From contig OY969110.1 of the NCBI GenBank assembly GCA_963697995.1, positions 1,063,404 to 1,127,403 on the forward strand: a stretch of DNA of 64,000 nt, given 5' to 3'. The stretch comes from an uncultured Chlamydiae bacterium. Lineage in GTDB: Bacteria > Chlamydiota > Chlamydiia > Chlamydiales > JAJFMB01. The notes beneath the pieces were generated by a model, which saw only the letters and a list, made by a program, of their open reading frames with translations, made no database searches and was not told the DNA's origin. Both the position numbers and the translations under genes were made by a program. Every line of letters begins with the position of its first letter. Positions within the stretch are counted from its first letter, which is position 1. Shown piece after piece: positions 19,002-26,053 of the stretch.

Positions 19002-19093
19002 ATTTAGTCTAAATTTTCCTTTTTAAAATTGAAGGGAAACATGTTATTCCTCTTGTTATTTTAAAGGTTTTTTGATATAACATTAAAACTCAG

Positions 19094-20086
19094 ATGTCTA
19101 ACTGTCAAGCTTTTCTAGATTCTCATACCGATTGGCGAAAAATTTATCAGAAAAATTTTCGCAATCTCCATTCGTTGCTCTCATTTTTAGAGTTAACGGA
19201 GAAAGAGCTTCCCTTAATTTCTAAAAAGTCTCATTTTGCTCTAAATGTGCCCTTACGGCTAGCTCTTAAGATGAAGAAGCGCTCTCTTGAGTGTCCTATT
19301 GTAAGGCAGTTTCTTCCTTTGATCGATGAAGAAGTGACCCTTTCAGGTTTTACAACAGATCCTCTTCAAGAGATGAGTTGTCGAAAAGAAGCTAAATTAT
19401 TGCATAAGTATGAAGGGCGCGCTCTTCTTGTGTGTACAAGTGCCTGCGCTATGCATTGTCGCTACTGTTTTCGGCAAGATTTTGATTACGAAGTTGAGGA
19501 TAAGAGTTTTGATAAAGAGCTTAAGTATATTGACTCTCAAAAAAGCCTTTCCGAAGTGATTTTAAGTGGGGGAGACCCTCTTTCTCTCTCTAATCGTACA
19601 TTGGGTGAACTTTTTTTTAAAATTTCAAAAATGTCCCACGTTAAAAGAGTCAGATTTCATACCCGTTTTCCAATAGGCATTCCAGAGAGGATCGATGAGG
19701 AGTTTTTAAATTTGATTGAGACGGCTCCTTTCACTGTTTTTTTCGTTGTCCATGTCAATGTGGCAGAAGAGATGGACGAGGAGATTTTTAAGAAATTGAC
19801 GGCTCTTCGAAAGAGGGGTGCCATTATTTTAAGTCAAACGGTTTTGTTAAAGGGTGTAAACGATTCAAAAGAGGCTTTAAAAAACCTTTTTGAAACTCTA
19901 GTCAACGAGGGAGTGACTCCCTATTACCTTCATCAATTAGACCGAGCTAAGCGGGTTTCTCACTTTGAGGTTTCTATTGAGAGAGGCAAAGAACTTTTGG
20001 CGCAAGTGGCAAAAGAGCTCTCAGGTTATGCTCTGCCCCGTTTTGTCCAAGAGATTCCAGCAAAACCTGGAAAAGTGTGGCTTTAA
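19094..20086 (+). CDS. epmB: KamA-family radical-SAM lysine 2,3-aminomutase-like protein (EF-P beta-lysylation EpmB type)
   Basis: 330 aa with the CxxxCxxC cluster CAMHCRYC, plus VILSGGDPL and the length typical of EpmB/YjeK. Confidence 0.7.
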   Translation: MSNCQAFLDSHTDWRKIYQKNFRNLHSLLSFLELTEKELPLISKKSHFALNVPLRLALKMKKRSLECPIVRQFLPLIDEEVTLSGFTTDPLQEMSCRKEAKLLHKYEGRALLVCTSACAMHCRYCFRQDFDYEVEDKSFDKELKYIDSQKSLSEVILSGGDPLSLSNRTLGELFFKISKMSHVKRVRFHTRFPIGIPERIDEEFLNLIETAPFTVFFVVHVNVAEEMDEEIFKKLTALRKRGAIILSQTVLLKGVNDSKEALKNLFETLVNEGVTPYYLHQLDRAKRVSHFEVSIERGKELLAQVAKELSGYALPRFVQEIPAKPGKVWL

Positions 20087-20208
20087 AATCTCTACTTGAT
20101 TTAAGCTCAAATGAGCAATTTCTTTTAGAAAAATTTTTAATAAAAGGTGATTTTTTTAAAAATCTTTATGAATGATTGCAACCTTTAAAATCTCTTCTAG
20201 GCGGTCTT

Positions 20209-21504
20209 ATGTCATTTAGATTTTTTTTTCTCTGTTTTGGGATTTTAGGAATACAATTTTTAAATGCGGCAAGTTCAATAGGTGTCGTTTCTTTAGCTAT
20301 TGGAGACTCGTATAAGGCCCTTGTCGAGAATGCGATAAAAAATAAAGTGCAATACTGTCAGCTTCACGGTTACGACTTTTATTGTCCCGAACACTCTTTA
20401 GACTCCTCTCGATCCCCCCTTTGGAGCAAAATTCCAGCAATTTTAAAAGCTATGGAAAATTCTGAGCATCAGTGGATTTTTTGGACAGATGCCGATGCTT
20501 TATTTACTAATTTTGCTTATAAGTTAGAAGAATTTATAGATGAAAACTATCTTTTTATAGTTAGTAAAGATGTTTACGATATTAATACGGGTCATTTTTT
20601 TATTCGGAATTGTGAAAGGGCAAAACAGCTATTAAGAGACATGTATGCAAGAGAAGAGTGTGTCTCTCATGAATGGGCGGAACAGATGGCTTTTATTTGC
20701 GAATATCGAGAAAAACCTGAAGTGAGGGCATTTACAAAGTTGATACCTCAACGTTTGATCAATTCATACCCTCCCGAACTGCTTCTACATAGTGACAAAC
20801 CAGATATTTGTATACATAAGAAAGGAGACTTTATTATTCATTTTCCTTCCTTGAAAGGGGAGTATTTGAAAAAGTGTATTGATACTTATGTTAAGAAAGT
20901 TGTTAATTCTTACGATTTTTTGACTTTAGGTAATTATTTTAAGCTTTATGGATTTCAGAAAGAATCGATAAATTTTTATCTGGGGGAGAAAGTCTTAACA
21001 AGGCCTAAGAGGCGACAAATGAGGGAGTGTCTTTTGGGAAAATCCTCTATTAAACGGATTGCCTGCTGGGGATTACATCGGGGAGGGGTCACTGATATTT
21101 TTTTTAGAAGGTGTCGTGATTTAGATATTTTATTGAGTTTCGATGCTATTTCTTGTCCTGAGACACTAGTGGCCAAGGAGTTTTTTTCTCGAAAATATAG
21201 AGAAAAGTTTGTTTTTTGTGAAAAAGATTGTTTAGAAGAAACTTTAGTTGCGGATAAGCCTTTTGATCTTATTTATATCGATTCTCATAGAGGTGATAAG
21301 GGGTGTTTATCTGACCTTGAAAAGATCCGTTTCTTGGCTGATTCTGAAACTATTTTGTGGATTAACAATTATACAGATTCTGTTCACGAGGCCGTGTCTA
21401 AAGCGGTCGAGAACGGGTTGATAAAAATTTTAGCTATTCATCATTCTCAAAATAAAAATGATATTCGAGTTTGGTGTGAGGCTCAATATAAAATGGAGAG
21501 GTAA
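20209..21504 (+). CDS. Two-domain protein: GT34 (GMA12/MNN10)-like nucleotide-sugar transferase plus a class-I methyltransferase-like C-domain, with an N-terminal signal/anchor
   Basis: N-domain: YCQLHGYDFY...PLWSKIPAILKAMENSEHQWIFWTDADALFTN...NTGHFFIRN...EQMAF. C-domain: FDLIYIDSHRGDKGCLSDLEK...ILWINNY, resembling the 23801/24749 family. The ATG at 20209 gives MSFRFFFLCFGILGIQFLNA. Confidence 0.6.
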   Translation: MSFRFFFLCFGILGIQFLNAASSIGVVSLAIGDSYKALVENAIKNKVQYCQLHGYDFYCPEHSLDSSRSPLWSKIPAILKAMENSEHQWIFWTDADALFTNFAYKLEEFIDENYLFIVSKDVYDINTGHFFIRNCERAKQLLRDMYAREECVSHEWAEQMAFICEYREKPEVRAFTKLIPQRLINSYPPELLLHSDKPDICIHKKGDFIIHFPSLKGEYLKKCIDTYVKKVVNSYDFLTLGNYFKLYGFQKESINFYLGEKVLTRPKRRQMRECLLGKSSIKRIACWGLHRGGVTDIFFRRCRDLDILLSFDAISCPETLVAKEFFSRKYREKFVFCEKDCLEETLVADKPFDLIYIDSHRGDKGCLSDLEKIRFLADSETILWINNYTDSVHEAVSKAVENGLIKILAIHHSQNKNDIRVWCEAQYKMER

Positions 21505-21505
21505 A

Positions 21506-22195
21506 ATGAAGTCTTTTGTTTTGTTTTTTATATTAACGGTGTCTCTTTTTAAGGGGGAGTCTCTTTTTGGTAAGAGCCTGGAAGATGTTTTTACTAGCAT
21601 TTATAAGAAGGCCCATTGGGGAAAAAATGAAAATGGGGAAGGGTCTTCAGGGGGAGGATCGACTGTTGAAGTGACTGCTGAATATCGTGCTTTTTTACAG
21701 CATTTTATGGAGGAGAATAAAATCACTTCTGTTATTGATGTGGGGTGTGGTGATTGGGAATTTTCTAAACTGATCAATTGGAGAAATATCAAGTATACAG
21801 GTTATGATATTGTTAAACCGATAATTGAAAAAAACAAAATCCAGTTTGAAACAGATACAATCTCTTTCATCCATGGCAATGCTATCAAAATCGATCTGCC
21901 TGAAGCTGATTTGTTGATATGTAAGGAAGTTTTGCAGCATTTGTCCAATAAAGAGATTGCTTTGTTTTTAAAACAACTTCCTAAATTTAAGTACGCTATT
22001 TTGGTCAACGATGTCGACCGAGATACTTTAACAAGTGAGAATAGGGATATTGCCAGCGGGGGATACAGGCTTTTGGATTTAAGAAATCCCCCTTTCTCTT
22101 TAAAGGCGATGGTTGTCTTTAACTATCAAGCACCAGATCCCCATCGGGAGATGAAGCAGGTTTTGCTCTTTGTGAATGAGGGGAAGATTGAGTAA
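21506..22195 (+). CDS. Class I SAM-dependent methyltransferase with an N-terminal signal peptide
   Basis: The ATG at 21506 directly follows the upstream stop codon. MKSFVLFFILTVSLFKG. Motif I is VIDVGCGDWEF, and DLLICKEVLQHL is also present. Confidence 0.7.
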   Translation: MKSFVLFFILTVSLFKGESLFGKSLEDVFTSIYKKAHWGKNENGEGSSGGGSTVEVTAEYRAFLQHFMEENKITSVIDVGCGDWEFSKLINWRNIKYTGYDIVKPIIEKNKIQFETDTISFIHGNAIKIDLPEADLLICKEVLQHLSNKEIALFLKQLPKFKYAILVNDVDRDTLTSENRDIASGGYRLLDLRNPPFSLKAMVVFNYQAPDPHREMKQVLLFVNEGKIE

Positions 22196-22198
22196 AAA

Positions 22199-23203
22199 AT
22201 GAGTCTAAAGTATTTTTTCTTATTTCTTATTTTTATTCAGCCTTTAAGAGGAGAAAATCGATGGGAGCCCACCGAATTTGTTTGGAATTTAGGTTTGGCT
22301 TCCCTTTGTGATGAAGGTTTAGATAAAGATCCAATCGCTTATTTTCAGGGATCGATAGGAACACCTCGTTTTGATATTGATGAGTCTTCACAAGTCGTCT
22401 GGACAAGAGCTTGTTTTATGAAGCTCTTTTGTAGTGAGGTGTTGCCAAAACTTAAAAAACCGATCGTCTTAGTGATAGGGGATGGAGATTTGTCATTTCC
22501 CTCTCAGTCGATCTCTCCTTTTGAGATGTGTCAGCTCATTGAAAATAAAAATATTCTCCATATTTTTGCTCAAAATTGCGATTATAGGGGAGAAAGTTCT
22601 AAAGTTTCCCGATTTCCAATAGGGATTGATTTTCACACGATAGCGTTTAAAAATCTCAATATTTGGGATGAAAAATCAACTTCTAAGGAGCAAGAAGCCG
22701 TTCTTAAAGGTATTTTGTCTACTTTGAAGCCCACGGATCAGCGAAAATTGGGTGCCTTTGTCGATTTTCAATTAAACGATACCATGAGATCGGGTGATAA
22801 CCAAAGGTATCTAGAGTTTGGTGAAGATCGCACTTCTATTTTTAACCGTATCGGATGCTTAAAAATGATAGATTATCCTGAGTGTCCCATGAAGCGAAGA
22901 GAGCTTTGGCAAAAAAAGGGGGAGTACGCTTTTTCTATAAGCCCCATTGGAAATGGTCTTGATTGTCACAGAACTTGGGAAGATTTGGTGTTGGGTTGTA
23001 TTGTGATTGTAAAAACTTCCCCTTTGGACCCTTTATATGAGGGGTTGCCTGTAGTGATTGTAACAGATTGGGATGAGATTACTGAAGAGAATATGAAAAA
23101 ATGGCTCGAACAATACAAAGATGCTTTTACAAATCCGAAATATAGAGAAAAACTAACAAACACTTATTGGATCAATAAAGTGAGGGATGAACTAAGGAAA
23201 TAG
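22199..23203 (+). CDS. Secreted/anchored hypothetical protein (weak glycosyltransferase-like C-terminal pattern)
   Basis: 334 aa with N-terminus MSLKYFFLFLIFIQPLRG. The C-terminal HRTWEDLVLGCIVIVKTSPLDPLYEGLPVVIV only loosely resembles GT-B/exostosin-type motifs. Confidence 0.4.
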   Translation: MSLKYFFLFLIFIQPLRGENRWEPTEFVWNLGLASLCDEGLDKDPIAYFQGSIGTPRFDIDESSQVVWTRACFMKLFCSEVLPKLKKPIVLVIGDGDLSFPSQSISPFEMCQLIENKNILHIFAQNCDYRGESSKVSRFPIGIDFHTIAFKNLNIWDEKSTSKEQEAVLKGILSTLKPTDQRKLGAFVDFQLNDTMRSGDNQRYLEFGEDRTSIFNRIGCLKMIDYPECPMKRRELWQKKGEYAFSISPIGNGLDCHRTWEDLVLGCIVIVKTSPLDPLYEGLPVVIVTDWDEITEENMKKWLEQYKDAFTNPKYREKLTNTYWINKVRDELRK

Positions 23204-23221
23204 CCTTTTGGCTATTTCCTT
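23194..23221. terminator. Perfect 12-bp hairpin spanning the stop codon of 22199..23203, between convergent reading frames
   Basis: aaggaaatagcc-tttt-ggctatttcctt. Confidence 0.55.
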
Positions 23222-23233
23222 AAAAAGGGCTTA

Positions 23234-23413
23234 CTAAAAGTTGCTGCTAGCATGAACACTCATTCTAAGCTCCTCGGCAGCTCTTGTGACTCCTTTCCTA
23301 ACCGATTCCCAATACCAGTCATCCCCGCACATGATCCCATCTTCTCTTAAGTGCTTTGACCAAGCGATAATATTTTTGTATACATTTCCTTCCGCGTGAG
23401 AAGCGTCGATATA
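23234..23413 (-). pseudogene. 3' fragment (59 codons) of a class-I methyltransferase-like gene whose 5' part is missing at the MITE boundary
   Basis: Minus-strand translation gives IYIDASHAEGNVYKNIIAWSKHLREDGIMCGDDWYWESVRKGVTRAAEELRMSVHASSNF*. It has the same D..H...DDW.W pattern as 23801..24550 and 24749..25495. The reading frame runs straight into the element terminus at 23416 with no start codon. Confidence 0.65.
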
Positions 23414-23415
23414 AA

Positions 23416-23695
23416 TAGTCGGCCCTTAAAAAAGTCCTCTCCCATAAAAAGTGCCCCTTTTGACAAAAAAGGCGTTTTACTCCTCACCAAACCCCTCAAG
23501 GAGGGGTAAGCGTCGTTTACCGCTTTTTTTGTTGCAAAAGGATCGCTTTTTCTTTGGAGAGTGCGTGTTCCATTCGCGAAATTTTTAAGTTTTTCTCATT
23601 GTCATATAATTAAACCTTGCAAAATAGGCTATGTCTTTTCTCCTCGTTAACTGCAAATTTTTCTCAAGGACCCCTTACTTTTTCAGGGCGGACTA
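23416..23695 (+). mobile_element. MITE-like element, copy 1 (280 bp, orientation A)
   Basis: The termini are tagtcggccct... and ...cagggcggacta. It aligns over its full length with 44113..44392 and, in reverse, with 25593..25872 and 51943..52203. It encodes no transposase. Confidence 0.8.
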
Positions 23696-23800
23696 GTTAA
23701 GTCTTTTGGAAGTTGTCAAGAAAGGGACTTGTCTGTTAATCTATTTTTTAGTTGAATGTGAAAAAAAGGGAAAAATGGTTTTTAACTTATGGAGAAAAGT

Positions 23801-24550
23801 ATGAAACAGAAAATGGTCGCATTTATTGGAAGTGTTGTTCTTTCTTGTGGTTATGTCCAGGCAGCTTCATTTGTACCTCTTTACAATGAAGGATTTAGAA
23901 GACCACAAACTGAGGAAGAGAGTTTTTTGGTTGAGCATGTTGAAGCAAGTCTTGCAAAAGCTGAGGTTCTTGATTCTAAGCTTGAATCTTCTCAACTTGA
24001 AATTGGTGGTATGAGTAGCAATAAGGTAAGGCATGTCTTGAATGGTCTTTGCTCTCTTTCTGAGTGCACTTATTTAGAAATTGGTGCTTACAAGGGATCT
24101 ACTTTTGTTTCAGCACTTTATGGAAATCTTGAGACGCTTGCAGAAGCGATCGTTTGTGATAACTGGTCTCAGTTTGATGCCCCACGTAGTCAGTTTTTAG
24201 ATAACTGTGAAAAGCACTTAAGTGGCTATCCATTTGCTATTCACGAATGTGATTGTTTTGCTCTCGATTTGAAATCTATTTCTCATCCTATTAAAGTGTT
24301 TTTTTACGATGGAGAGAACACTTTAGAGGCCCACGAAAAGGCTTTTACCTATTTTAATGAAGTTCTGGATGATTTGTTTATTGCAGTTGTAGATGACTGG
24401 AACTGGGATTTTGTAAGAGAAGGAACCTTCGCAGCCTTTAAAAAGCTTGGATATAGAGTTGTTTTCGAAAAGAACCTTTCCGCAAGACATAATGGTGACT
24501 TAGAAAACTATTGGAATGGTCTATACGTAGCGGTTATTTCAAAAAGTTAA
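23801..24550 (+). CDS. Class-I methyltransferase-like (Methyltransf_24-type) protein with a signal peptide; tandem paralog A
   Basis: The start at 23801 was chosen by RBS analogy (ggagaaaagtATG here, aggagaaaatATG in paralog B). MKQKMVAFIGSVVLSCGYVQA. Motifs include YLEIGAYKGSTF and FIAVVDDWNW. Confidence 0.65.
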   Translation: MKQKMVAFIGSVVLSCGYVQAASFVPLYNEGFRRPQTEEESFLVEHVEASLAKAEVLDSKLESSQLEIGGMSSNKVRHVLNGLCSLSECTYLEIGAYKGSTFVSALYGNLETLAEAIVCDNWSQFDAPRSQFLDNCEKHLSGYPFAIHECDCFALDLKSISHPIKVFFYDGENTLEAHEKAFTYFNEVLDDLFIAVVDDWNWDFVREGTFAAFKKLGYRVVFEKNLSARHNGDLENYWNGLYVAVISKS

Positions 24551-24748
24551 TTCAATTAAGGTCTTTAGGCTCTAAGAAGCTTAAAGACCCTTCACTCTCT
24601 CAACAGTTTAGAGTCCTAAGAGGTTGAGACTTCAGGGTCGACTATTTTAGTGACTCTTTTGGAACTTGTCACGAAATGAGGTTCTTTGTTAATCTGTTTT
24701 TTAATTGATAACATTTCTAAAAATTGAATTTTAATCTTAGGAGAAAAT

Positions 24749-25495
24749 ATGAATAAATGGATGACTTTACTTGGAAGTGTTATGCTTTCTTGTAGCCTTG
24801 TGGAGTCCTCTTCATTTCTAACGCTTTACAACGAAGAAGAAAGAAAACCCCAAACCGAGGAAGAGTTATTTTTGGTCGAGCATGTCGAAGCAAGTATTGC
24901 CAAAGCTGAGGCTTTAAAATCTAAGCTCGAACAACAACAGCTTGATATTGTAGGCATGTCTAGTAGTAAAGTTAGACATTTATTAAATGGTCTCTGCTCG
25001 CTTAATGGTTGTACTTACTTTGAGATTGGTGCTCACAAGGGTTCAACTTTTATTTCAGCGCTATATGGCAATTATGAGTCTATTGTTGAAGCAACCGTTT
25101 GTGATGATTGGTCTCTATTTGATGGACCTCGCGATCAATTTCTCGACAATTGTGAAAAAAATTTAAGTGGTTATCCGTTCACCATTCATGATTGCAATTG
25201 TTTTGATCTCGATTTAAAGGCTATTGCTCATCCGGTAAAAATCTATTTTTACGATGGGAATCATTCAGAAGAGGCGCAAGAGAAGGCCTTTACCTATTTT
25301 AATGAAGTTCTGGATGATTTGTTTATTGCAGTAGTGGACGATTGGAACTGGCATTTTGTAAGAGATGGCACTTTTACAGCTTTTAAAAAACTAGGATATC
25401 GAGTGGTTTTTGAGAAGCATTTGCCTTCAAGGTATAATGGTGACTTAGAAAACTATTGGAATGGTCTATACGTAGCGGTTATTTCAAAAAGTTAA
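24749..25495 (+). CDS. Class-I methyltransferase-like protein with a signal peptide; tandem paralog B
   Basis: 248 aa, collinear with paralog A, including the upstream leader region. Motifs include YFEIGAHKGSTF and FIAVVDDWNW. Confidence 0.65.
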   Translation: MNKWMTLLGSVMLSCSLVESSSFLTLYNEEERKPQTEEELFLVEHVEASIAKAEALKSKLEQQQLDIVGMSSSKVRHLLNGLCSLNGCTYFEIGAHKGSTFISALYGNYESIVEATVCDDWSLFDGPRDQFLDNCEKNLSGYPFTIHDCNCFDLDLKAIAHPVKIYFYDGNHSEEAQEKAFTYFNEVLDDLFIAVVDDWNWHFVRDGTFTAFKKLGYRVVFEKHLPSRYNGDLENYWNGLYVAVISKS

Positions 25496-25502
25496 TTTTT
25501 TA

Positions 25503-25540
25503 AGACTTTAGGTCTAAATTGACCTAAAGTCTCTTTTTTT
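25503..25540 (+). terminator. Rho-independent terminator after paralog B
   Basis: agactttaggtc-taaatt-gacctaaagtct followed by cttttttt. Confidence 0.75.
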
Positions 25541-25592
25541 GCCCTTTCGGTGTCAATCTAATTTGATAAAGTCAAACTCTAGTGTTTTTATT

Positions 25593-25872
25593 TAGTCGGC
25601 CCTGAAAAAGTAAGGGTTCCTTGAGAAAAATTTGCAGTTAACGAGGATGAGAGACATAGCTTATTTTGAAAGGTTTAATTATGTGATAATGAGAAAAGCT
25701 GCAAAAATTTCGCGAATGGAACACGCTTTCTCCAAAGAAAAAGTGATCCTTTTGTAAAAAAAAAGCGGTGAACGACGACCCAAACCCTCTTGAGGGGTTT
25801 GGTGAGGAGTAAAACACATTTTTTGTCAAAAGGGGCACTTTTTATTGGAGAGGACTTTTTCAGGGCCGACTA
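25593..25872 (-). mobile_element. MITE-like element, copy 2 (280 bp, orientation B)
   Basis: It has perfect 19-bp terminal inverted repeats (tagtcggccctgaaaaagt) and is flanked by the direct repeat TATTTA when the terminal TA is included. Confidence 0.85.
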
Positions 25873-26053
25873 TTTATATTGTTTCAAACATTTAAAGGTT
25901 TAACAAACCCTTTGAAGAACAACGGATTGCTTATCCGTATCGGGAAAAAAGTTTTATGCGAAATGTTAAAGGGGAGAGGGACTTAAGCAACCCCTTGAAT
26001 CCGCGTTTGGTAAAAAAATAAGGTTAATTTGAGTGTATCGTTGGTAGGCTTCT

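Noticed and set aside
4584-25495. A classical O-antigen/LPS or capsule biosynthesis locus as the explanation for the GT/MT cluster
   Set aside because: No Wzx/Wzy/Wzz, ABC exporter, undecaprenyl-phosphate priming transferase or NDP-sugar synthesis genes are present. The enzymes carry secretory-type N-termini and belong to eukaryote-typical families. This alternative is kept as something to test rather than as the primary call.
25638-25838. 66-aa ORFs inside the MITE copies (25638..25838 minus and 44147..44347 plus; MPLLTK...)
   Set aside because: The frame is open in only two of the four copies. Copy 1 has a GTG start and an early TAA, and copy 4 carries an internal replacement. The substitutions show no codon-position bias that I can see, and the ORF spans the internal hairpin. 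The element is better explained as non-coding sequence.
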